A stretch of DNA of 64,000 nucleotides from an uncultured Acidobacteriaceae bacterium (GTDB lineage Bacteria > Acidobacteriota > Terriglobia > Terriglobales > Acidobacteriaceae): assembly GCA_963752175.1 (NCBI GenBank), contig CAVVXZ010000024.1, positions 58,801 to 122,800 of the forward strand, read 5' to 3'. The notes beneath the pieces are model-generated. The model did no database searches. It was given only the letters and a program-made list of their open reading frames with translations, and had not been told where the DNA came from. Of the stretch, positions 18,366 through 27,845 are shown in pieces. The position numbers and the translations under genes were made by a program. How positions within the stretch are numbered: position 1 is the stretch's first letter; each line of letters opens with the position of its first letter.

Positions 18366-18589
18366 GACAACCTCCTTGCGAACGGAGACGGCTGCATAAC
18401 GTCAGTCAGCTCGACACATTTGTCTCACTGTCGGGAGCATTTTGGTACAGGCCGCGATATCGTACCACTCGCCGCAACCGGCCAGTATGGGAAGTTTCGA
18501 ACCGGCCTGCGGCCCGCGTTTCCCTTACAACGAAGACAGCGGGACGTGTTTTGTTCTCACGCCGCTGTCAGATACACTGACCAACGACC

Positions 18590-20086
18590 ATGACCCGATC
18601 CCGTTCTGCCTCCCGACTCATTCCCACGAATTTGTGTCTCATCGTTCTCCTGGCTTTTTCGAGCGCCGCTCAAACCCAGAATCCGCAGCCCAAGAACGCG
18701 CCTGTCCCGTTCATGGCACAGCAGCAGGCGTCCCAGGCAGAGCAGGAGAACTTTCCTCCTCAATTGCTCGAAGAGTTGGCCGTAATCAAGGCCGCCGCCC
18801 TCTCCGACGACTACGCCTACCGACAGGTGTCCCATCTGACCGAGAACATCGGCCCGCGCATTAGCGGATCTCTACAAGCCAAGGCGGCCGTCGATTACGT
18901 CGCCGCCGAATTGCGCCAACTGGGACTCGAGGTCCACCTTGAGGAAGTCAAAGTTCCACACTGGGTGCGCGGCGTTGAAAGCGCTGAGCTGACGGAATAC
19001 CCGAGCCAGGCCGCCGGTACTACGCAGAAGATCGTTCTCACCGCGCTCGGCGGAAGTACTGCCACACCCTCCGAAGGCATCACGACCGACGTGGTCGTCG
19101 TCGATAATTTCGAGCAACTCAAAGCGCTCGGTCACGACAGAGTCGCCGGCAAGATCGTTCTCTTCAACGCACTCTTCGACAAGCAGAAGGCGGCCGCAGG
19201 TCTCTCATTCATTTCCTACGGCGAGGCCGTGCGCTATCGCGGAGCCGGCCCCAAGGCGGCGGCCGATTTGGGAGCAGTGGCTGCTTTAGTCCGCTCGGTC
19301 GGCAACGCCGACTACCGACTACCGCACACCGGCTTCAGCTTTCCTGCTGGAATCCCCGCCGGCGCCGTCACCGCCGAGGATGCCGACCTGATCGCCCATC
19401 TTTACGCGCAGGGTAAAGTGCGCATGCATCTGACTCTCACTCCGCAGAAGCTGCCCGACGCGACCAGCTACAACGTCATCGCAGATCTGAAGGGCAGCGA
19501 GCATCCCGAACAGTATGTCGTCGTCTCCGGACACCTCGACTCCTGGGACCTCGGCACGGGCGCCATTGACGACGGCGCCGGAGTCGTGGTCGCGATGGAA
19601 GCAGCCGAACTTTTGCAGAACCTGCACTTGCATCCCAAGCGCACGCTGCGCGTGATTGCATGGATGGACGAAGAAAGCGGAGGGGCGGGCAGCCAGGCCT
19701 ACACCAAGGATTATTCTGCCGAATTCATTCGCACCGTCGCCGCCATCGAGAGCGACTCCGGCGCCGCTCACCCACTGGGCTTCAGCGTCAAGATGACTCC
19801 ACGCGCAGAGGAGCTGCTGCGCCCCGTGCTGGGCGTCCTGCAAAGCTTCGGCGCCAACGCCGCGCAGCCCAGCAGCTATCCCCCGGGAGCCGATATCTCC
19901 GCCATGTCAGAAGCAGGCGTGCCCGCGCTCGGCCTCCTGCAAGACGGCCGCACTTACTTCAACTACCACCACACCGCCGCCGACACGCTCGATAAAGTTG
20001 TGCCCGGCGAGTTGCGCGAGAACGCCGCCGCCATGGCAGTCATGGGATACGCGTTGGCCAGCATGAAGGATCCACTGCCGAGATAG
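18590..20086 (+). CDS. secreted M28-family aminopeptidase with PA domain
   Basis: 498 aa with a signal peptide. SGHLDSWDLGTGAIDDGAGVVVAMEAA and YHHTAADTLDKV are zinc-ligand motifs of M28. Confidence 0.85.
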   Translation: MTRSRSASRLIPTNLCLIVLLAFSSAAQTQNPQPKNAPVPFMAQQQASQAEQENFPPQLLEELAVIKAAALSDDYAYRQVSHLTENIGPRISGSLQAKAAVDYVAAELRQLGLEVHLEEVKVPHWVRGVESAELTEYPSQAAGTTQKIVLTALGGSTATPSEGITTDVVVVDNFEQLKALGHDRVAGKIVLFNALFDKQKAAAGLSFISYGEAVRYRGAGPKAAADLGAVAALVRSVGNADYRLPHTGFSFPAGIPAGAVTAEDADLIAHLYAQGKVRMHLTLTPQKLPDATSYNVIADLKGSEHPEQYVVVSGHLDSWDLGTGAIDDGAGVVVAMEAAELLQNLHLHPKRTLRVIAWMDEESGGAGSQAYTKDYSAEFIRTVAAIESDSGAAHPLGFSVKMTPRAEELLRPVLGVLQSFGANAAQPSSYPPGADISAMSEAGVPALGLLQDGRTYFNYHHTAADTLDKVVPGELRENAAAMAVMGYALASMKDPLPR

Positions 20087-20336
20087 AAGGAAATTTCTCT
20101 GGCGGTGATTTCATTTCTGCCAATGTGTGATGCCCGTCACATCTCGGTGCGAATCGCTGCACCTACAATTTCAGGGCCTCTGCGATCATCTCGGCAGCGC
20201 CCAGGCCTGTTGACGCATCATAATTTGCGCGCTTATCATCGTCGTTTGGCCTTATGGCAAGGGACGCCTCCGGGATGGGGCGTCCTACGAGTTTGATCTT
20301 AAGATTTTTTTTGAGAGCCCAGAGTTAAAGTGACCT

Positions 20337-20705
20337 ATGGATAAGAAGAAGTTGGAAGCATTCAAAAAACGTTTAGAAACCCGGCAACAGGAATTGCGCC
20401 GCACCGTGAACCGCACGCAGGCTGACGGCCGCTCCGCCGATGAAGATACCGCCCAGGACATCGCCGACCGCGCCGCCAGTTCCTATACCAAGGAATTCCT
20501 GTTCAGCCAGAGCAACAACGACCGGCAAACCCTGCAGATGGTCGACAAGGCTCTCGCCCGCATCCGCGAAGGCAGCTTCGGCGAATGCATCCACTGCGGC
20601 AAAGAGATTAATGCCAAACGCCTCGAAGCCGTCCCCTGGACGCGCCACTGCATCGAGTGCCAGGAAAAGCTAGAGCAAGGATTGCTGGAAGAAGCCCCGC
20701 GCTAG
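20337..20705 (+). CDS. DksA/TraR-family C4 zinc-finger regulator
   Basis: 122 aa. Coiled-coil N-terminus, then CIHCGKEINAKRLEAVPWTRHCIECQ. Confidence 0.85.
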   Translation: MDKKKLEAFKKRLETRQQELRRTVNRTQADGRSADEDTAQDIADRAASSYTKEFLFSQSNNDRQTLQMVDKALARIREGSFGECIHCGKEINAKRLEAVPWTRHCIECQEKLEQGLLEEAPR

Positions 20706-20799
20706 ATCGGGTCGGTAGATCGGGTCAGAAGAGTTGAAGTGACAAAGCCGCCAAGAAATCGGCGGCCTTCCTGTTTGATGCTCTGTTTGGGGACACCCG

Positions 20800-20990
20800 C
20801 CTGATGCGAGGACAGCCCTCGTCCGTGCGTCACGTTTTATGTGGGGACGGCCGCCCCGGGCGTCCGCCGGGCGCAGCCCGGCGATTCTGGTGCATGCCCG
20901 GACTTCAGAGGCTAAGGGAAAACAAAACCGCGTGCACGACCGTGGAAGAGCTGCCTTTCAGGGCCGCGGTGAGTCCGCAAGAAAAATCGT
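20800..20990. repeat. composite GC-rich palindromic repeat block
   Basis: Hairpins CGAGGACAGCCCTCG, GGGACGGCCGCCCCGGGCGTCCGCCGGGCGCAGCCCGGCG and CTGCCTTTCAGGGCCGCGGTGAGTCCGC. I recognise these as dispersed elements that produce spurious ORFs in Acidobacteria. Only one copy lies in this window, so the repeat status is not verifiable here. Confidence 0.4.
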
Positions 20991-21013
20991 GGTCTTTAAG
21001 CCCCTGAGGCCCT

Positions 21014-23206
21014 CTACGCAGATTTCAACTGAAACGGCAGCTTCCGCAACCGCTGCCCCGACGCCGCAAAAATCGCATTCGCCACCGCCGGAGCAGCCGG
21101 CGGCAACCCCGGTTCCCCCATTCCGCCCGGGGCCTCGTGATTGATCACCAAATGCACCTCGATCGGCGGAGCTTCGCTGATCCGGATCGGATCGTACCCA
21201 TCAAAATTCGTCTGTTCGACCGCCCCGTTCTTGATCGTGATCTCATTCTTCAGCGCGGCGCTCAACCCGTAGATGATCGCTCCCTCCGTTTGCGAGCGCA
21301 CCGACTCCGGATTCACGATCTGCCCGCAATCCACCGCGGCGACGATGCGGTCGATCTTGAAGTCGTTTCCCTTCACCGTGACCTCTGCCACCTCGGCGAA
21401 GTAGCTGCCAAACGAACAGAACGCTGCAATCCCGCGGCCCCGGCCCTTCGGCAGCGGTGCGCCCCAGCCTGCCTTCTCGGCAGCGAGTTCCAACACCCCG
21501 CGCAGCCGCGCCGGATCCGGATCATCCTCGCTTTTTGCCTTCCAGTTCGCCGGCTTGACCAGCAGCGACTTGCGAAACTGCATCGGATCCTGCCCGGCCG
21601 CCGCCGCCAGTTCATCGATGAAGCTCTCCACCACAAATCCGTTGAATGAATTCTCCACCGACCGCCACCATGCGCGCGGCACCGCACTCGCCACCGGATT
21701 AAACTCCAGGCGCACATTCGAAATCGCGTACGGCATTTCCTTCGCGCCGCCAACTTCCTGGCTCTCCGGCGCGGCCTTCGGATCCCAATACCCCCGAATC
21801 GATGTCGACGCCATTGTGTGAAACCACGCCGCCGGACGTCCCTTCGCATCCACCGCGCCTTGCATCCGATGACACGTCGCAGGACGATAAAAATCATGCG
21901 TCATATCGTCCTCCCGCGTCCACACCAGTTGCACAGGCTTGCCCACGATCTTCGCAATCTGCGCCACCTCCGCGGGAAAGTCCGCCATGTAGCGCCGACC
22001 GAATCCTCCGCCCATCAGCGTGGTATGCACCACCACCTTGTCCGGCTTGATCCCCAACACCTGCGCCACCGTTCCCTGCACCCAGTCCGGCGATTGCGTC
22101 GGCGCCCACACTTCGGCCTCGCCTCCACGCACGTGCGCCGTGATGTTCATCGGCTCCATCGTCGCGTGCGCCAGCAGCGGCATTTCGTACACCGCTTCTA
22201 TTTTCTTCGCTCCGTTCGCCAAGACCGCATCCACATCGCCGTCATTACGCACACGCTTGCCCGGCTTCGCCGCCGCCTCGCGCAACGCCGCACGCATCCC
22301 CTCGCTCGACTCCGACGAAGCCGCACCTGGTTCCCATGTGATATCGAGCGCATCACGCCCTTTCATCGCGGCCCACGTGGAGTCCGCGACGACCACCACA
22401 CCTCCGGCAGTGAACTTGTCCGCGCCGAATGCAGGAATCTCAAACACATCGCGTACTCCCGCCACACCCTTCGCCTTCGTGGCATCGAAGTGCGCCGGCT
22501 TGCCCCCAAACGTCGGACACCGCGCCACCACCGCAAACACCATCTCGGGTACTCGCACATCAATCCCAAATTGCGCGCTGCCATTCACCTTCGACGGCAC
22601 ATCCACCCGCGCCGTCGGATGCCCGATCAATTCAAACTTCGCTTCATCCTTGAGTTGCACCTTCTCCTGATCCGGCAGCGGCAGTTTCTCCGCCGCCTCC
22701 ACCAGTTCTCCGTACCCGGCCTTGCGCGCCGATTTCGCGTGCAGCACCGTTCCCTTCTTCGCCTCGCACTCGGACGCCAGCACGTTCCACTTCGCTGCCG
22801 CCGCGGCAATCATCAAATCTCGCACGGTCGCTCCCGCCCGACGCAGAGGCGTGAAATTCTCCATCGTGCTCCCGCTTCCGCCCGTGCCCAGGTGCGCATA
22901 AAGATCCGGCCGCGTCTCGGCCTGCTCTACTTTCACCGAAGCGAAATCAACCTCGGCCTCTTCCGCCAGGACCATCGCCAGCCCAGTCTTGATTCCCTGC
23001 CCCATCTCCGACTTCGCCACGATCAGCGAAATCTGCCCGTCTGGCTTCACGTGCACGTAAGCGACAAACGGATTCGGCGCCTTCTGCTTCGCTCCCGGGT
23101 CCGACTCCTGCGCTCGAACCAGCGATCCCGAGTACCGCACGCCAATCAGCACTCCCGCCCCGGCGACCACTCCCGTCACCACGAATTGTCTGCGGCTGAT
23201 GGTCAT
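21014..23206 (-). CDS. molybdopterin-binding large subunit of an IorB/aldehyde-oxidoreductase-type hydroxylase, Tat-exported
   Basis: ORF 21014-23317 trimmed to [22 protein letters not shown] (Tat signal, cat at 23204-23206). Xanthine dehydrogenase family a/b-hammerhead and MoCo-binding regions ([14 protein letters not shown]). Paralogue of 30849-32966. Confidence 0.85.
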   Translation of the reverse strand: MTISRRQFVVTGVVAGAGVLIGVRYSGSLVRAQESDPGAKQKAPNPFVAYVHVKPDGQISLIVAKSEMGQGIKTGLAMVLAEEAEVDFASVKVEQAETRPDLYAHLGTGGSGSTMENFTPLRRAGATVRDLMIAAAAAKWNVLASECEAKKGTVLHAKSARKAGYGELVEAAEKLPLPDQEKVQLKDEAKFELIGHPTARVDVPSKVNGSAQFGIDVRVPEMVFAVVARCPTFGGKPAHFDATKAKGVAGVRDVFEIPAFGADKFTAGGVVVVADSTWAAMKGRDALDITWEPGAASSESSEGMRAALREAAAKPGKRVRNDGDVDAVLANGAKKIEAVYEMPLLAHATMEPMNITAHVRGGEAEVWAPTQSPDWVQGTVAQVLGIKPDKVVVHTTLMGGGFGRRYMADFPAEVAQIAKIVGKPVQLVWTREDDMTHDFYRPATCHRMQGAVDAKGRPAAWFHTMASTSIRGYWDPKAAPESQEVGGAKEMPYAISNVRLEFNPVASAVPRAWWRSVENSFNGFVVESFIDELAAAAGQDPMQFRKSLLVKPANWKAKSEDDPDPARLRGVLELAAEKAGWGAPLPKGRGRGIAAFCSFGSYFAEVAEVTVKGNDFKIDRIVAAVDCGQIVNPESVRSQTEGAIIYGLSAALKNEITIKNGAVEQTNFDGYDPIRISEAPPIEVHLVINHEAPGGMGEPGLPPAAPAVANAIFAASGQRLRKLPFQLKSA

Positions 23207-23208
23207 GG

Positions 23209-23712
23209 CTACGCTCCTTTCCCCGCGCCGGAACTGCTCGCACCACTTCCGCTCGCGCCAGATCCACTCGCACGTTGAATGGCCTGGCGAATCCGCTGAT
23301 ACATGCCGCACCGGCACAAATTCCCCGCCATCGCAGACTCAATCTGCTGGTCGCTCGGATGCGGAGTTTTCGCCAGCAACGCCGCTGCCGACATTATCTG
23401 CCCAGGCTGGCAGTATCCGCATTGCGGCACCTGCTCGGCGATCCACGCCACCTGCACAGGATGCGAGTTGCCCGCCGACAGCCCCTCGATCGTCGTAATC
23501 CTCTTCGCGCCCACAGATGACACCGCAGTCTGGCACGCGCGCACCGCCTCGCCGTCCAGATGCACCGTGCACGCTCCGCACAGCCCCACCCCACAGCCGT
23601 ACTTTGTGCCGGTCAAATTAATTCTGTCGCGCAGAACCCACAATAGAGGGGTGTCAGGTGCGATCTCAATATCGTGCGGACTATTGTTGATCACCAGATG
23701 AATCGCAGCCAT
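23209..23712 (-). CDS. (2Fe-2S)-binding small subunit (IorA-like)
   Basis: ORF trimmed to [10 protein letters not shown]. Motifs [23 protein letters not shown] and NLCRCGMY. Unusual Gly/Ser/Ala C-terminal tail [20 protein letters not shown] 2-nt gap to the large-subunit start. Confidence 0.9.
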   Translation of the reverse strand: MAAIHLVINNSPHDIEIAPDTPLLWVLRDRINLTGTKYGCGVGLCGACTVHLDGEAVRACQTAVSSVGAKRITTIEGLSAGNSHPVQVAWIAEQVPQCGYCQPGQIMSAAALLAKTPHPSDQQIESAMAGNLCRCGMYQRIRQAIQRASGSGASGSGASSSGAGKGA

Positions 23713-23800
23713 GGAAGAACTCCAGAGTGGAGGTTGCAACGTTAGACGAGGCTACCGCAACAAGGTTTGCCCGCGCAAATACAGATCTAAAGATCAAACT

Positions 23801-23877
23801 GTCATCCTGAGCAAAGCGAAGGATCTATGCAGTTTGTCGGCGAACTACCATAGGTCCTTCGCTTCGCTCAGGATGAC
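23801..23877. repeat. family B palindromic element (GTCATCCTGAGC[GA]AAGCGAAGGATC ... GGTCCTTCGCTTCGCTCAGGATGAC)
   Basis: Both arms are present around a 27-nt centre. Related copies lie at 33019-33099 (full), 40021-40060 (half) and 50646-50684 (degenerate). Confidence 0.85.
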
Positions 23878-23892
23878 AATCAGTAATGCGCG

Positions 23893-25677
23893 CTAAATCC
23901 CCGGCTTCTTTGCTTCCTCTGCCGCCGCCTCAACTCCGGGCATCACATTCTTCAGCGGCGCTTTCCTCTGCTCCTCGAGTTCCGGATGCGGCAGCGGCTT
24001 TCGCGGCAGCATTTGATCGCGCATCGCCGTGTTGTACACAAAGATCGCCTCCACCACCGCTGCCTGTGCCAGATCGTCGGGCTGTAGCCGCTCGTATGTG
24101 TCCATGTTGGAATGGTGTGTGCGCGACCCGTAGTCAAGAGTGTCCTGAATAAATTGGAATCCCGGCACGCCTACCGAATCAAACGCCTCGTGATCGGTGC
24201 CGCCCGTATTCCTCATCGTAATCGTGCTTACCCCCAGGTCCTGCAACGGCGCGATCCACTGCTGGAAAATCGGTGCTATCGATGCATTCTCCTGCAGATA
24301 AATTCCGCGAATCTTCCCCGAACCATTGTCCACATTGAAGTATCCCGAAATCTTCGTCTGCTCCGGCTTCAACTGCACCGGACCCGCCGGCTTTCGCAGA
24401 AAGTCCGGCAACTTCACCTGATCGGGCGCAGTCGACAGCGGCACAAATCCGAAGTGCTGTTTGACGTAGCCGTACGATCCAAACTCTCCTTGCTCTTCCC
24501 CGGTCCACAGCCCTACGCGGATGGTGCGCCGCGGCTGTACATGCAACGCGTTCAGGATGCGCATCACTTCCATCGCGACCACAGTCCCCGCGCCATTGTC
24601 GGTCGCACCGGTCGCAGACGCCCACGAGTCCAGATGCCCACCGACCATCACCACTTCATCTTTCAGTTTTGGATCGGTCCCCGGAATTTCAGCAATCGTG
24701 TCGAACCCGTGCTCGTGATCGCCCGTGAATTCCGTCTCCACATCCATCTCGATGCTGACCGGTACGTTCGCCTTCAGCAACCTGTACACGCGTCCGTAGC
24801 TTTCAATGGCCATCACCACGATCGGAAGCGGCTCGGCATGTTCGCGCTGGTAAGTGAACCAACCCATTCCGCTACCGCCGTCGTCAAAGATCGTCCCACC
24901 CGATCCGCCATTGTTTCGCCCATCGCGGCTCGGAACCACGGTTCCTGCAGCATGCTCAGCGGCGAAGAACTGTCCCGCCTTTTCGCGGAATTCCAACCGC
25001 TTGATGAACGTCGCGAAAAAGTCCTCCTGCTGACCAACATGCACCGGATATTCCGCGGTGGTCTTGAGATTGACATCATCTCGCCGCTCGAACAGCGGCT
25101 TGTCAACCGGCTTCACCTCGCGCATCTCGCCAAAGAAAACGATCTTGCCCGTCAGCTTGCCCTTGTACTTCTCCAAATCCTTCTCGTCCTTCGCATCGAC
25201 CCAAACCGCGCTCCCGCTCACAGCCCCGTGGCTCGACGGAGACCAGGGCAGCGCCTGCGCAATGAACACCGCCGTATCCGGCGCCGACATGCGCACCCAG
25301 GCATTCAACTGCCGCCAGCCCATGCCGAACTCGCCCCAATCCTCGAGGTGCGCATTGCTGCATCCCATGGCGGTGAGCTGATCGCGCGTCCATTCATTAG
25401 CCCGCTTCAGGTTTGGAGACCCTGTCAGCCTGGGCCCAATCCCATCCATCAGCCCGGACGCAAACTCCATCACGTGCGAGTGCGAAAGGCCTTCCTCCCG
25501 GATGCGCTGGTACATTGTGTAATCCAGATTCTCGGTCGCAGGCTGCGCGAGTTCGTAGGAAGGCTTGCTGGCCTCTTCGGTCTTCGTATCTTTTGATTTC
25601 TTCTCAGCCGCCGACACCGAAAAGCAAAAACACAGTACGACTGCAACAGCTGAAACCATTGCCTTGCGTGATGGCAT
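23893..25677 (-). CDS. secreted M28-family peptidase with PA domain
   Basis: ORF 23893-25728 trimmed to MPSRKAMVSAVAVVLCFCFSVSA. Motifs GGHLDSWASATGATDNGAGTVVAMEVMR and HHSNMDTYE. Confidence 0.85.
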   Translation of the reverse strand: MPSRKAMVSAVAVVLCFCFSVSAAEKKSKDTKTEEASKPSYELAQPATENLDYTMYQRIREEGLSHSHVMEFASGLMDGIGPRLTGSPNLKRANEWTRDQLTAMGCSNAHLEDWGEFGMGWRQLNAWVRMSAPDTAVFIAQALPWSPSSHGAVSGSAVWVDAKDEKDLEKYKGKLTGKIVFFGEMREVKPVDKPLFERRDDVNLKTTAEYPVHVGQQEDFFATFIKRLEFREKAGQFFAAEHAAGTVVPSRDGRNNGGSGGTIFDDGGSGMGWFTYQREHAEPLPIVVMAIESYGRVYRLLKANVPVSIEMDVETEFTGDHEHGFDTIAEIPGTDPKLKDEVVMVGGHLDSWASATGATDNGAGTVVAMEVMRILNALHVQPRRTIRVGLWTGEEQGEFGSYGYVKQHFGFVPLSTAPDQVKLPDFLRKPAGPVQLKPEQTKISGYFNVDNGSGKIRGIYLQENASIAPIFQQWIAPLQDLGVSTITMRNTGGTDHEAFDSVGVPGFQFIQDTLDYGSRTHHSNMDTYERLQPDDLAQAAVVEAIFVYNTAMRDQMLPRKPLPHPELEEQRKAPLKNVMPGVEAAAEEAKKPGI

Positions 25678-25795
25678 TGTGCTGGCTCCTCCGCGAAAAC
25701 GGAAACCGCAGAGTAGCAGATACCCCACTCAATTGTGAATGACAGACGGCAAAGATGGGTGGGATGGGCGCACGAAACAGATTGTTGACTACTGT

Positions 25796-26170
25796 CTAGT
25801 TGCCCGCCGAGACGTTTCTCAACGACGCAATCAGATGCGCTGATACCCCGTCGGACTTGGACAGCACTTCCTTGATCCCGGCGGCCTGCGCCTCCTCGAT
25901 CAAGAGAAGGTTTTCGTGGAGCGTAATCATCAGCAGGGTCGCCAGCGGAGCAATGCGACTGATTTCCCTCGCCGCCTCGAGCCCATTCATGACGGGCATC
26001 TGCCAGTCCAGCGTGACCACGTCCGGACGCAACTGCCTGACTTTCTCAATCGCCACCTTGCCATTCTCGGCCTCGCCACACACCTCCCAGTCCGTGTTGT
26101 GCTCAATACAAATGCGGATCGAGTGGCGAATGATTGCGCTGTCATCGACGATCAGAATCCGATGCGACAT
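25796..26170 (-). CDS. single-domain response regulator (CheY-like receiver)
   Basis: ORF trimmed to MSHRILIVDDS, preceded by AGGAGGTTGC. Contains DVVTLDWQMPVMNG (phospho-Asp context). No output domain. Confidence 0.85.
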   Translation of the reverse strand: MSHRILIVDDSAIIRHSIRICIEHNTDWEVCGEAENGKVAIEKVRQLRPDVVTLDWQMPVMNGLEAAREISRIAPLATLLMITLHENLLLIEEAQAAGIKEVLSKSDGVSAHLIASLRNVSAGN

Positions 26171-26297
26171 GCAACCTCCTCGATGCCTTGGCAGGTTGCG
26201 CGCCGGGCCAATTCGTGCGATACGACGACAGCCACAAGGAAAGGCAACTGTCCTCACCCTAGTCTTCGCCTTCTGCGATACAAATACAGCGAATAAC

Positions 26298-26311
26298 GTA
26301 CGCTAGCGTAC
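26298..26311. promoter_or_regulatory. perfect 14-bp palindrome GTACGCTAGCGTAC in the divergent response-regulator/kinase intergenic region (candidate operator)
   Basis: The self-complementarity is read directly from the sequence. The function is conjecture. Confidence 0.25.
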
Positions 26312-26547
26312 TTTATCTGACTGGATCCAATTGGGACGTTCCGCCTCGATTGGGGAGTGCCGCAAATCATTCCCTCCGTGACAGTTGCCACTTCGTGAAG
26401 AGCGGCAAGGGTTGGCCCGAAAATACCTTTACGGACTTCTCCCGATGCGGCTGATTTGTTATGATCGCTTCACTGGCTGGCAATTTTTCTCGCGTTCTGC
26501 CGCTTCGCCATCTTGCCCCCCGGGGCGCCAAAGTTGAGGCTGAGTTG

Positions 26548-27681
26548 ATGGGGACCACATTTCTGGCGCGGATTCGCAGAGACAATCTCCGCCGCTACGT
26601 ACTGGCGTTGGCCGCCGTAGCCGCCGCGTTTCTGGTGAATAGCGCGCTGCATCCCCTGGTCGGCGACCGCGTCGGTTACGTCCTGCTGTTCCCCGCTGTA
26701 GCCTTCTCGGCCTGGTATTGCGGCATCGGACCCTCCATTGTCGCAACCGTGGTCGCCCTCCTAGGCACAACTTACGGATTCATTCCGCCCATCCAGCCAT
26801 TTCGTATTTTCACCCTCACAGAGATCGTCCGGGCCCTGGTGTTTCTCTCGTGCTCCGCCGCCATCGTCGCTATGGGCGAATCACGTCGCCGTGAAAATGA
26901 GCGCCTCCGCACCGAGCAAGGCGAACTCGAAAAGCGCGTTCGGGACCGCACGGCGGATCTCGACACCGCCAACGACAACCTCCGCGAACTCTCCGCCCGC
27001 CTGCTCCAGTTGCAGGACGACGAGCGCCGCCGTATCGCCCGCGAACTCCACGACAGCGTGGGACAGACTCTGGCCGCTCTCGCCATGAATCTCTCTGCCG
27101 TACGCTTAGACTTCGAGCGCATCGCCCAGACCGCCAGCGCCCTCGTCGACAGCGAAAATCTTGTCCGCGACATGAGCACCGAAGTCCGCACCATTTCGCA
27201 TCTGCTTCATCCCCCTTTGCTCGATGAAGCCGGCCTGTCGTCCGCCTTGCGCTGGTATGTCGAGGGATTCGCGGTCCGAAGCAAAATCAAAGTTGATCTG
27301 GATCTGCCGGAAGACTTCGGTCGCTTGCCCCGCGAGTCAGAGACGGCCATCTTCCGCGTGGTGCAGGAGTGCCTGACCAACATTCACCGCCATTCGGGAA
27401 GTCCGGTTGCGAAAATTCGCCTTCGTCACCGCGACCATGAGGTGCTGGTCGAGATCGCCGACAAGGGCAAGGGCATCCCGCCGGAAAAGCAAGAGCACCT
27501 GTCTTCCGCGGGCGCACCCGGCGTTGGAATCCGTGGAATGAGAGAGCGCGTGAGACAGCTCGGCGGCACACTCGAAATCAACTCGAACGGAACCGGCACC
27601 GTCGTGATCGTGAAGTTGCCGGTCCCCGACTCTTCCTCGCCCGAGAAAGCGCTTGCGTCCCCCTCGGCCGCAGCGGCCTAG
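26548..27681 (+). CDS. sensor histidine kinase (DUF4118-like membrane module + HisKA_3 + HATPase_c)
   Basis: ORF 26461-27681; the start is probably MGTTFLARI at 26548. Three or four TM spans and a coiled coil. H-box ARELHDSVGQTLAAL, N-box ECLTNIHRHS, G-box DKGKGIP...GVGIRGMRER. Confidence 0.85.
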   Translation: MGTTFLARIRRDNLRRYVLALAAVAAAFLVNSALHPLVGDRVGYVLLFPAVAFSAWYCGIGPSIVATVVALLGTTYGFIPPIQPFRIFTLTEIVRALVFLSCSAAIVAMGESRRRENERLRTEQGELEKRVRDRTADLDTANDNLRELSARLLQLQDDERRRIARELHDSVGQTLAALAMNLSAVRLDFERIAQTASALVDSENLVRDMSTEVRTISHLLHPPLLDEAGLSSALRWYVEGFAVRSKIKVDLDLPEDFGRLPRESETAIFRVVQECLTNIHRHSGSPVAKIRLRHRDHEVLVEIADKGKGIPPEKQEHLSSAGAPGVGIRGMRERVRQLGGTLEINSNGTGTVVIVKLPVPDSSSPEKALASPSAAAA

Positions 27682-27845
27682 ACCGCTGCATCACCACAGA
27701 AAAGGCTGCCCCAGCTTTCGCGATTTTCGAAGGCTGGGAGCCACGGATCTCGACGCCATGAGCCAGACTCACGCATAGAATCATGGAACTTCTCGGAGTG
27801 CCGTCCGTACTTCCCGATGACAACTCGTTCAGGATGGAAAAGCTA

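Noticed and set aside
20804-21144. ORFs 20804-21007 and 20839-21144
   Set aside because: They are translations of palindromic GC-rich repeat DNA and of the antisense strand at the 3' end of the IorB-like gene.
21818-23278. 486-aa plus-strand ORF
   Set aside because: Antisense to the IorB-like gene. Extreme Arg/His/Leu composition.
24112-25596. 494-aa plus-strand ORF
   Set aside because: Antisense to the M28 peptidase gene, which has clear zinc-ligand motifs.
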